DNA of 32,000 nt from Candidatus Iainarchaeum sp. (GTDB lineage: Archaea > Iainarchaeota > Iainarchaeia > Iainarchaeales > JACQJH01), in the NCBI GenBank assembly GCA_016205145.1, contig JACQJH010000002.1:510001-542000 (forward strand), given 5' to 3'. Made by a program: the position numbers and the translations under genes. The notes beneath the pieces were generated by a model. That model ran no database searches. It was not told the DNA's origin and saw only the letters and a program-made list of their open reading frames with translations. Below, one piece after another: positions 7,212-14,610 of the stretch (within the stretch, counting starts at the first letter, position 1; each line of letters opens with the position of its first letter).

Positions 7212-8614
7212 AAGAGCTTTGTCTGCTTTCCGGTTTCTTCTTCCGGCGCAGCCTGTTTTTCTTCCGCTTTTTCTGCCGGCTCGGGCACTTGCGTTTTTTG
7301 CAGGAATTTTCCGTCTACTCCCGCAAGGGCAGTCCTTTTTTCCAATAAGGATTTTGCCCTGATTTCCTGCGCCTGCTCCAGAATTGTTTTCACTTTTTTT
7401 GTTTCCGGTTTCGTTTCAAGCATGAAAGCGATTTCGTTTTCGTCCAGGTCGAAAGCCGCGGCGAGCCTTGGCGCAAACTCCTTGTTTTCGAACAGCATTT
7501 TGATGAAGGCGAGGTCGTGCACCATCACTTCTTTCGACGACGAATGCATTTTGCCGCCGATTTTTTTGCACATTCCCGCCTTGAGGGCCTTTTCAGCGCG
7601 GCCCGAGGAAAGCGTTCTCAGCAGCCTTGGGAACTGGTATTTTGCCCAGCCATGGTAGTCGTTGCTCCGCGAAAGCGCAACCCCCGCAGTGGAAAGGTCG
7701 GCGGCGTATTTCATCAGCACGTAATTCTGGCGCCGGAAAATCCTGCCGTTGAAAATGCTTGCCTTCGACAGGCAGTCGAAGCCCGCGGCCAGGTCTTCCT
7801 GCTTGGTGAACTCAACGGGAATGTTTTCCTCGACCCATCTTTCAAGCAGGTCCTGCGGAACCTCGCTTTCAAAGCGCGCACTCTGGCACTCGGCAAAGGT
7901 TTTCGCGCGGAAAATGCGCTGGAGAACGCTGAAAATGTTGTCCTGCCTGTTCCTTGAACCGAGGCCTTTCACGCTTTCCATTGAAACCCCGTCTGCGAGT
8001 GCCTGCAAATCAAGCAGTGCCGAGCGCAAATCACCGGCAGAGTTCTTTGCAAGCTCTTTCAGGGCTTCGTGGTCGAATGGAATGCTTTCCTTTTCGCAGA
8101 TCTCGCCAAGGCGCTTTGCAATTGAAAGGTAATTTATTTTCTTGAACTGCACCAACTCCGCGGCCTGGCGCACAGGCCCGAGCTTCTGGTTCTCGTAAAT
8201 GTCGTTTGCCGTGAGAATGACCGGGTTCTGCGATTCGCGGATGATTGAAAGGATCGCCCCAGCGCCGCCCCTGTCAACTGATTGCAGGCCGTCGATTTCA
8301 TCCAGCAGCACAAGCCGTTTCTGCCCTGAAAGGCTTGAGCCCTGCGAAGCCGCGCCTGCAAGCTTTTCGATTACGTCCTTCGAGCGCAGGTCGCTTGCAT
8401 TCATTTCAAAGACCGACCAGCCGGAAAGTTTCGCGGTCAGCAGTGCAAGGCACGTTTTTCCCGTTCCGGTTGAGCCATACAAAAGCAGTGCCTTGCCTTT
8501 TTTGCCCGCATTCCAGTCGTCAGCCCATCTTCGCACGAATGAAACGGCTTCGGTGTTGCCCACGAATTCCGGAAAGGTTTGCGGTAAAAATTTGTCTGTG
8601 AAAAGCTCAGACAT
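7208..8614 (-). CDS. rfcL: Replication factor C large subunit
   Basis: ORF 7208..8761 trimmed to ATG 8614. It has VRRWADDWNAGKKGKALLLYGSTGTGKT (Walker A), LVLLDEIDG (Walker B) and a Lys/Glu-rich C-terminal tail. Its stop codon overlaps the pheT stop codon (7208-7211). Confidence 0.85.
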   Translation of the reverse strand: MSELFTDKFLPQTFPEFVGNTEAVSFVRRWADDWNAGKKGKALLLYGSTGTGKTCLALLTAKLSGWSVFEMNASDLRSKDVIEKLAGAASQGSSLSGQKRLVLLDEIDGLQSVDRGGAGAILSIIRESQNPVILTANDIYENQKLGPVRQAAELVQFKKINYLSIAKRLGEICEKESIPFDHEALKELAKNSAGDLRSALLDLQALADGVSMESVKGLGSRNRQDNIFSVLQRIFRAKTFAECQSARFESEVPQDLLERWVEENIPVEFTKQEDLAAGFDCLSKASIFNGRIFRRQNYVLMKYAADLSTAGVALSRSNDYHGWAKYQFPRLLRTLSSGRAEKALKAGMCKKIGGKMHSSSKEVMVHDLAFIKMLFENKEFAPRLAAAFDLDENEIAFMLETKPETKKVKTILEQAQEIRAKSLLEKRTALAGVDGKFLQKTQVPEPAEKAEEKQAAPEEETGKQTKLF

Positions 8615-8633
8615 GAAACAATCTTGCCGGCAA

Positions 8634-8650
8634 AAGGGTATTATTTGTTT
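8634..8650. promoter_or_regulatory. Shared AT-rich TATA-like box between divergent rfcL and the GTPase gene
   Basis: GGGTATTATTTGTTTTG lies ~24 nt from the rfcL ATG (8614) and ~26-30 nt from the GTPase ATG (8676). It sits in a 61-nt intergenic region that also contains the 10-nt palindrome TTGCCGGCAA. Confidence 0.4.
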
Positions 8651-8675
8651 TGCAGGCAAAAATTGTGCGATTTGC

Positions 8676-9866
8676 ATGCTGTCAGGCATTGTCGGAAAAC
8701 CGAATTCGGGCAAGAGCACTTTTTTCTGCGCTGCAACAATGGTTGACGCGGAAATCGGCAACAGGCCGTTCGTAACGATAAAGCCGAACCACGGCGTCGG
8801 CTACGTCGTTTCGGAAAATCCCGGAGTCGAAAGCCACAAGGTTCCGCAGCCCGTGAATTACAAATTCGAAAACGGCAAAAGTTATATTCCCGTGAAACTG
8901 CTTGACGTTGCCGGCCTTGTCGAAGGCGCCTGGCAGGGAAAAGGATTGGGCAACCAGTTCCTCAACGACCTGATACAGGCGGATGCCCTCATCCACGTCC
9001 TTGACGCCTCCGGCTCCACCGACGCGGAAGGCAATGCAGTCGGCGCGGGAAACCACGATCCCGCGAAAGACGTGCTGTTCCTTGAGCGCGAAATGGATTA
9101 CTGGATCAAAAGCATCCTGACGAAAAACTGGCAGAAGATTTCCAAGCAGGCGACCGTCACGAAAAAGGCCGCGGAAATCCTCGCATTGCAGCTCACGGGT
9201 TTGGGCATAACCGAGGATGACATAAAAGAGGTGCTGAAAAAGGAAAATTTTTCCGCAGTGCCGGATGAATGGAACGAGGATGAAATTCTTCGGTTCAGTT
9301 CGAAGATTCGCGAAAAAAGCAAGCCCATGCTTATAGCCGCGAACAAGATGGATTTGCCGGCCGCGCGCGAAAACCTTGACAGGCTCAGGCACGATTTTCC
9401 CGGCAAAATTTTCGTGGAATGCTGTGCCGAAGCCGAGCTTGCACTGCGGAAGGCGGACAGGGCCGGCGTGATAAAATATCTGCCGGGCGCAAAAGGCTTT
9501 GAAGTGCTCAAGGACCTGCCCGAAAAGCAGGTGAAGGCGCTTGACTTCATCAAGGCGGCTGTTCTCGAAAAGTTCGGTTCGACCGGCGTGCAGGACTGCC
9601 TGAACAAAGCGGTTTTCGAACTGCTGGACCTGATAGCAGTATATCCCGTGCAGGACCAGAACAAATGGGTTTCAGGCAAGGGAAATTGCCTGCCGGACGC
9701 GTACCTTCTGAAGCGCGGCTCGAAGCCGAAAGACCTTGCGATAAAGATTCACACCGATTTCGGGCCGAAGTACATCGGCGCAATCGACTGCAAAACGGGA
9801 TTGAAGCTGGGAGAGGACGCGGAACTGAAGCACAACGACGTCGTCAAGATACTGCTCAAGAACTAA
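8676..9866 (+). CDS. Obg/YchF-like GTP-binding protein with a C-terminal TGS domain
   Basis: ORF 8199..9866 trimmed to ATG 8676; the upstream part is antisense to rfcL. G1 is GKPNSGKST, G3 is DVAGLV, G4 is NKMD. The 396-aa length matches the archaeal ~397-aa family. The C-terminal segment GEDAELKHNDVVKIL is TGS-like. Confidence 0.85.
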   Translation: MLSGIVGKPNSGKSTFFCAATMVDAEIGNRPFVTIKPNHGVGYVVSENPGVESHKVPQPVNYKFENGKSYIPVKLLDVAGLVEGAWQGKGLGNQFLNDLIQADALIHVLDASGSTDAEGNAVGAGNHDPAKDVLFLEREMDYWIKSILTKNWQKISKQATVTKKAAEILALQLTGLGITEDDIKEVLKKENFSAVPDEWNEDEILRFSSKIREKSKPMLIAANKMDLPAARENLDRLRHDFPGKIFVECCAEAELALRKADRAGVIKYLPGAKGFEVLKDLPEKQVKALDFIKAAVLEKFGSTGVQDCLNKAVFELLDLIAVYPVQDQNKWVSGKGNCLPDAYLLKRGSKPKDLAIKIHTDFGPKYIGAIDCKTGLKLGEDAELKHNDVVKILLKN

Positions 9867-9960
9867 ACAGGAAAAAAAAGAACTAAAAAAAAGCAAAAAA
9901 AAACAGGAAAAGAAAAAAAAAGAAAATAAGAAAGAAACCGGGAAAGAAAAAACCCGGCAA
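9867..9960. repeat. ~95-nt almost pure polypurine (A-rich) tract; on the minus strand it forms multiple oligo-T terminator signals plus a hairpin
   Basis: ACAGGAAAAAAAAGAACTAAAAAAAAGCAAAAAAAAACAGGAAAAGAAAAAAAAAGAAAATAAGAAAGAAACCGGGAAAGAAAAAACCCGG. On the minus strand a CCGGG-N10-CCCGG hairpin is followed by T-runs directly downstream of the 9973 stop codon. Confidence 0.7.
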
Positions 9961-9972
9961 ATGAAAATCTAT

Positions 9973-11604
9973 TCACTGGTTTTCTTTCTTGAACTTCTGC
10001 GCCTTTATTTCAGATTCGATCATTTCCGGCGTCACTGTCTGGTGGGCCAGAAGCTTGTTGCGCACGAACTCGTATGCCTTTACCGTGTCTTCCAGGTCAA
10101 GCTTGCGCTTGAAGCCGAGGCGCGCGATTTCCCTGAAGTACAGGTCGACAATGTCGTGCGCCACTTCGTCAACGCTTTTCTTTGCGATTGTCACTGTTTC
10201 CGGCTGCACTACAACCTTGGAGTCAATGACTTCCTTCAATTGCTGCTTGACTATGTCGAGCTCGTCGAAAATCCTTTTTTCGGTGAGCTTTGCCCTGTCA
10301 TCATCCGATTGTGACAGGAACCTGTCCTCGAACTCGAGCATTTTGCGCCTGAGGTCGTCAACCTGCCTTGGCGAAGAATAGTCAGCCGGCAGAGCCGAAA
10401 CCTTTTCTTCAAGGTCCGAGACTTTCAGCCTGATTTCCTTGACGCTTTCCGCTGAACCTGCTGTTGCAGAGGCTTCGCCGAGCTCGCTTTTCAGCCGGTC
10501 AAGCTTTTCGAAAATCCTCGCTTCGATGCCGTCGACCCTCTCATTGCTTGGCAGGCCAGCAACCTTTTCTTCAAGGCCGGAAACCCTTGCCTTCAGGTCG
10601 TTGACAGTGTCGTGCAAAGCTATTTCCTTGCTTGTCGGCGGAGCCGGCAATGGAATCGCTTCCGCAACTGCTTCCGGCTTTTTAGGCTCGGTTATTTCGG
10701 TTTCGTTAACGGATGGCTTCGCTTCAGCCAGCACGGCAGGCCTTGCTTCGGCAACAACCGCAGGGGTTGGCCTGGCTTTTTCTTCAACCGGCGCTTCAAG
10801 CCTGTCGAGCCTGCTTTCGATTTTGCCGATCCTTATGCCGTGCACTTCCAGAGCAGAGGAAAAGTCGACAAACTTGCCCCGGATCAAAGTCTTTATTTCC
10901 TCGACCGTGCCCTTCGTTTCCTCAGGCGGCCTTGAAACAAGCGCCTTGATTTCTGTCAGGCTCCTGGTGTTGGCTTCGACTACTCTTTCAACCTCGCCGA
11001 ACTTGTCGGAGAAGCCTTTCAAATTATTTTTTGTCTGTGTTTCAAGCTTGTTGAGCGTGGTGGAAACCTTTGAAACCTTCAAAATTTCCTTTTTCAGCTT
11101 TTTCAGGGAACCGGCCTGCCTTTTTTCGCGCTTCAATGCAGCCTTCTTGTTGGCGTCAATCGTTTTTTTGACTGAGCCGACCCTTACAGCGAAAATCTTC
11201 GAGCTGACCGGAAGCGGCTTCCTTCTCTTCACCGGCTTTTTCTGCGCGGGCCTTTTTGCAACCGCCGGCTTTACGACAGCAGGCTTTATTGCCCTTGCTT
11301 TCGCCGGCCTTGCAATCTTTCCTGCAGCCCTGGCGGGCCTTGGTTTTGCAGCAGCCCTTTTAACAGCCCTTTTAACAGAAGCTTTCACGGGCCTTGCAGT
11401 TCTTATGGCGGGTTTTTTCGCGGCCTTTCGCCTTGAAGCTCTTTTCGGCACGGCCTTTGCGACAGGCTGCCTTGCAACACCCTTTGTCTGCTCAAGCTGT
11501 TTCAGCGCCTTTTCCGCCGCCTTCCCGGCTTCAACGGCTTCCTTCACAACCGGCTTGATGTTTTCAATAGCTACCTTTTTTCGGATAAGAGCTCTCTTCG
11601 CCAA
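9973..11604 (-). CDS. Coiled-coil protein with an N-terminal Lys/Arg/Ala/Pro-rich (histone-H1-like) tail
   Basis: This is ORF 9973..11664. The likely start is TTG 11604 (MAKRALIRKK...), preceded by GGGGTGGTG. The first 20 codons of the ORF lie in AT-rich promoter-like sequence. Residues 61-150 are about one-third K/R with no acidic residue. They are followed by heptad-like repeats, including two copies of ...(G/D)LEEKV(A/S)(G/A)LP... Confidence 0.7.
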   Translation of the reverse strand: MAKRALIRKKVAIENIKPVVKEAVEAGKAAEKALKQLEQTKGVARQPVAKAVPKRASRRKAAKKPAIRTARPVKASVKRAVKRAAAKPRPARAAGKIARPAKARAIKPAVVKPAVAKRPAQKKPVKRRKPLPVSSKIFAVRVGSVKKTIDANKKAALKREKRQAGSLKKLKKEILKVSKVSTTLNKLETQTKNNLKGFSDKFGEVERVVEANTRSLTEIKALVSRPPEETKGTVEEIKTLIRGKFVDFSSALEVHGIRIGKIESRLDRLEAPVEEKARPTPAVVAEARPAVLAEAKPSVNETEITEPKKPEAVAEAIPLPAPPTSKEIALHDTVNDLKARVSGLEEKVAGLPSNERVDGIEARIFEKLDRLKSELGEASATAGSAESVKEIRLKVSDLEEKVSALPADYSSPRQVDDLRRKMLEFEDRFLSQSDDDRAKLTEKRIFDELDIVKQQLKEVIDSKVVVQPETVTIAKKSVDEVAHDIVDLYFREIARLGFKRKLDLEDTVKAYEFVRNKLLAHQTVTPEMIESEIKAQKFKKENQ

Positions 11605-11700
11605 AACACCACCCCAACAAAAATTATAACATGAAGTATAGCGCATGTTTATGTTTAAAAACATTTCACCGCGCAGAGTTAATCTGGGGGAGGCGTTTTT

Positions 11701-12081
11701 ATGGTTTTGGACAAGCAGGAACTCGCTTTGGAGATAACAAAAATCTACTATTACAATCTCGCATCAAAGGGCGCCAAGGAAAGCATCAACGCCGAAAACA
11801 TCCTTGACACTTACAATTACGCATTGCTTTTGCTCAACGAAAAGTTGCAGGAAAGAAAGGAAACTGCAAAAGCCGCAACGGAATTGAAACTGCCGGCGGC
11901 GCCGCAGGTTTCCGAAAGCGGTTTTTCGTACACAAACCAGAAGGGCATAACATATTATCTGCACCAGAAGGGCAGGCTGTTTTACTTCTCAAAGGACAGC
12001 AGAAGCTCAATCGTTGTCCCGCAGGGCTACCGCATAAAGGAAAACCCGCGCACCGGCCTGCCGTTCATAACGAAAAAGTGA
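11701..12081 (+). CDS. Hypothetical protein (126 aa)
   Basis: A GGGGGAGG Shine-Dalgarno-like motif lies 9 nt upstream of ATG 11701. The N-terminal ~40 aa resemble the C-terminal domain of the divergent coiled-coil protein. The C-terminal segment ITYYLHQKGRLFYFSKD...VPQGYRIKENPRTGLPFITKK is a motif I recall only vaguely from other archaeal hypothetical proteins. Confidence 0.6.
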   Translation: MVLDKQELALEITKIYYYNLASKGAKESINAENILDTYNYALLLLNEKLQERKETAKAATELKLPAAPQVSESGFSYTNQKGITYYLHQKGRLFYFSKDSRSSIVVPQGYRIKENPRTGLPFITKK

Positions 12082-12084
12082 GGG

Positions 12085-12939
12085 CTATTCGCCAATTGAC
12101 TTTGTCAGGTCGGGCCTCACAAGCCTTCCGAGCACGTTCAGGCGCCTGAGGCTTTCAAGCAGCTGTTCCCGTGAAATGCCCAGGCGCATGACATGCGGCT
12201 CGGAAAACAGGCCGTCAAGTGTTTCAATGCCTTCCGTGCGGCACGCGCGCAAAACTTTCAAATCCTGCATTGCCTTATGCCGCGCCGGGTCGTTTGTTTC
12301 AAGCGAAAACACTGCATGGCTTTTCGGCTCCGGCCGACCGGAAGCAAACGGGCCTTCCCTGACAAGCAAATCGAATTCCCTTTTGTTCCAGGACGCGCCA
12401 TAAGCGCGCGCAATCACAGCCAGTACATTCCGTTCAAATCCAACATTATCCGGATTGGAAATAACTATTTTTGCCCCTTTGCGGTTCAGAAGGCTGCGCA
12501 ACAACGACAATGGCAGGCCACCGCCCCAATACAGCGGAAAAGGCTCGAATGAAACGCTCCAGTCAAACCTGTTTTTGGAAAGTGGAATCCTTGACGCTTC
12601 ACGCGTCCTGAACGAACGGATGCGCGTGCCCTCAGGATTCTGCTCCTGCAAAAGCCTTGCACGCCGCACCATGCCGGCGGAAGCGTCCGTGAAATGGACT
12701 TCCGCCTGTTCCGCCAAAGCCTTTGCCCAATTGCCGGTGTAGCCGGCGAAAAAAAGAATTTTGCTGCCAGGCTCAATGCCGAGATGATGTAAAAGGCGCG
12801 GATCCGCAGGCACTGTTGCCTGGGCCGCTCTCACGCTCGGCACAGACCAAGGATCCGCATCAGCAAAGATTTTCACCTCGTGCGGAACAAGAAAACGCCG
12901 TCGCCTTGCACGCGGTGGTTCCGAAGCCAAACCAATCAC
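12085..12939 (-). CDS. Hypothetical protein, possibly a Rossmann/SAM-methyltransferase-like fold (tentative)
   Basis: The GTG start overlaps the cdc6 stop (GTGA at 12936-12939), so the two genes are probably co-transcribed. KILFFAGYTGNWAKALAEQAEVHFTDAS is weakly reminiscent of methyltransferase motif I followed by an acidic residue. The function is not established. Confidence 0.55.
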   Translation of the reverse strand: MIGLASEPPRARRRRFLVPHEVKIFADADPWSVPSVRAAQATVPADPRLLHHLGIEPGSKILFFAGYTGNWAKALAEQAEVHFTDASAGMVRRARLLQEQNPEGTRIRSFRTREASRIPLSKNRFDWSVSFEPFPLYWGGGLPLSLLRSLLNRKGAKIVISNPDNVGFERNVLAVIARAYGASWNKREFDLLVREGPFASGRPEPKSHAVFSLETNDPARHKAMQDLKVLRACRTEGIETLDGLFSEPHVMRLGISREQLLESLRRLNVLGRLVRPDLTKSIGE

Positions 12940-14111
12940 GCCTTTTTCTGCGCGCCGGCAACATTCGGGGAATTTCCTGCCGCGTGCAGCTTTTTCATTT
13001 CCTCTGAAAGCAATGCTGAAGAAACCGCGAGTGAAATCTTGCGGGACTTGCCATGCATTCCGCTTTCAACGAGCGGCGCGCTGACAAGGTTCAAATGCTC
13101 AAGCTTTGAAACAATGTCGCGAAATCTCCTCAATGAAAGCTTTTGCCCGGACTTCTCCGAAAACGCCTTGAAAAGCTCGCCTGACAGCGCATCGTCATGC
13201 GAACAAAGCAATTGCAAAACCAGGAGTTCGGAATCATTCAGCGAGGGAAGGACTTTTTTGAACGGGTGCTCGTCGACAAGCGCGAACGCCTTTTTCAGGT
13301 GCAGAATGGAAACCTTCTGCGAATTCTCCTTTTCAGCTTCCTTGCCCGCGCGCCACAAACATTCAATCGCAATCCTCGCGTCCCCGCCAAGGCGCGAGGC
13401 ATGGCCGGCCGCGACGTTTATGACTTCATCGTCAAGGCTTCCCGGCAGGAACGCATACTTGCACCTTTCCGCAAGTATGTCCTTCAGCTGCTTCGGTGAA
13501 TAGGGGTTGAAGGCAATGTCCTGCACGTGCAATGAACTTCTCACGCGCTCGTCAAGCCTTGAAACCAGTGCGGGGTCGTTTGAAATCAGTATGAGGCCGA
13601 AGCGCTTGTCGCAAAACTCTATGACGCGCAGGAGGTCATAGAAAACCTTGGCCTCTTCCGGCTCGGCAAGCAGCTGTTCCGCCTCATCCAGCACAACTAT
13701 CGGAGCAAAATCCGCTTTTTTGAGCATTTCAAGGATTTTCGAATACACCTCGTCGGTTGCGATCCCGCGCCTCGGCACAGCCGCCTTCAAAAAGTTTGCG
13801 ATTGCCGACAGGATCGAGTGGCGGGAATTGTACTCAAAGCAGTTCAGGTAAAGGCCTTTCGCCCTGTCCGAAAATTCCTCAAGCTCGTTCAAAACGAATT
13901 TGACGCTCGCGGTCTTTCCCGTTCCGGTTTTCCCGAAAACAAAAACGTGCTGCGGCTTCTTGCCCTCTGAAACCGGTTTCAATGCAAAGACAAGCGCGTC
14001 GATTTCCGCATCCCTGTGCGGCAGGACAGCCGGCACATGCTCAGGGTACAGCACTGCCTCGCTGCGGAAAACCTGAGCTTCCCTGCCCTTTCTCTCGAAA
14101 ACATTCGGCAT
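12936..14111 (-). CDS. cdc6: Orc1/Cdc6 replication initiator
   Basis: 391 aa. LPHRDAEIDAL..., Walker A is FGKTGTGKT, Walker B is VVLDEAE, and there is a C-terminal winged-helix region. A TATA-like GGATAAAAAT (14134-14143; minus-strand reading ATTTTTATCC) lies ~25 nt upstream of the ATG. Confidence 0.93.
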   Translation of the reverse strand: MPNVFERKGREAQVFRSEAVLYPEHVPAVLPHRDAEIDALVFALKPVSEGKKPQHVFVFGKTGTGKTASVKFVLNELEEFSDRAKGLYLNCFEYNSRHSILSAIANFLKAAVPRRGIATDEVYSKILEMLKKADFAPIVVLDEAEQLLAEPEEAKVFYDLLRVIEFCDKRFGLILISNDPALVSRLDERVRSSLHVQDIAFNPYSPKQLKDILAERCKYAFLPGSLDDEVINVAAGHASRLGGDARIAIECLWRAGKEAEKENSQKVSILHLKKAFALVDEHPFKKVLPSLNDSELLVLQLLCSHDDALSGELFKAFSEKSGQKLSLRRFRDIVSKLEHLNLVSAPLVESGMHGKSRKISLAVSSALLSEEMKKLHAAGNSPNVAGAQKKA

Positions 14112-14148
14112 GCAGAAAAGATATTGCTTAAAACGGATAAAAATGCAT

Positions 14149-14381
14149 CGGGCGGCGGTTTCGTCCGCAGCCGGTTCCGTCCGGCTGGTTCGGAACCAAG
14201 GCGTATCACTGTTGTGATACGCCGAGTAAGTAACATTAAAGTTTTCGGGGGCGTGCGAGACGCGGAGCTCCCTGGTCGGGATTAAGGCTTATTGCTGCTA
14301 CAATAAGCCGGGTAAGCGACAGTAAAAAAAATTTGGAGCTGCAGTAAAAGTACCCGCTGCGCGAGAGCCCGTCTGCCCGCA
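14149..14381 (+). ncRNA. Candidate structured RNA 'c1' (~230 nt), family unknown
   Basis: Hairpins at 14168-14187, 14200-14223 (10 bp, TGTT loop), 14247-14272 and 14286-14309. The 5' end (14149-14176) can pair with the 3' end (14352-14380) over ~24 bp with bulges. The G.U pairs only work on the + strand. A TATA-like GCTTAAAA lies at 14124-14131. The first ~75 nt are homologous to element c2. Confidence 0.45.
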
Positions 14382-14426
14382 AAAAAAAAACAAGCTTTTA
14401 ATACAACCTGAAACAAGATTATTGGC

Positions 14427-14606
14427 ATGAGGTTCGGCGAAGGCATTTTTGACAGGGTTTCGGCTGAAAAAATCATGCTCGGCATCGTTCTGCTTATTGC
14501 AATAATCGCCTTGCTCGCAATAATCGCGAATTCCGCGAACACCACGGTTTCAAGCGCCTCGCATTCGGTTTCCGCGATTTCCGGCGGCCTCAACAAGCTT
14601 GCGTGA
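14427..14606 (+). CDS. 59-aa single-pass membrane protein, below the ORF-track length cutoff
   Basis: Hand translation is MRFGEGIFDRVSAEKIMLGIVLLIAIIALLAIIANSANTTVSSASHSVSAISGGLNKLA. A TATA-like CTTTTAATAC (14395-14404) lies ~23 nt upstream of the ATG, consistent with a leaderless mRNA. The stop lies 4 nt before the ATG of the next gene. Confidence 0.45.
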   Translation: MRFGEGIFDRVSAEKIMLGIVLLIAIIALLAIIANSANTTVSSASHSVSAISGGLNKLA

Positions 14607-14610
14607 TTGC

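Noticed and set aside
8199-8675. N-terminal 159 codons of ORF 8199..9866
   Set aside because: The region is antisense to rfcL and has low-complexity Ser/Pro/Cys-rich translation. The GTPase family starts right at the G1 motif (MLSGIVGKPNSGKST), and ATG 8676 gives the expected ~396 aa.
10439-11629. 396-aa ORF antisense to the coiled-coil gene (and 10612..10935, 10713..10949)
   Set aside because: It is a mirror frame of a low-complexity, repeat-rich gene, with Ser/Ala/Phe/Leu-rich translation and no motifs. The sense frame has a coherent domain structure.
14149-14381. c1 (and c2) as SRP RNA, RNase P RNA or 5S rRNA
   Set aside because: I found no helix-8 'GGAA…AGCA'-type motif for SRP, and no 'GGAAAGTCC' CR-I or 'ACAGAA…GGCTTA' CR-V for RNase P. 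c2 has only a superficial resemblance (CCGTCTCGT…GAACTAAGGC) to the 5S loop C region, and its topology does not fit 5S. This is an eye-based judgement, and cmsearch could overturn it.
14112-14426. Replication origin with ORB elements directly upstream of cdc6
   Set aside because: I could find no repeated ORB or mini-ORB-like motif (TTCCA…TGGAAA type). There is no extended AT-rich unwinding element flanked by short inverted repeats. The region is GC-rich and hairpin-structured. The point is kept as an open question in the findings.
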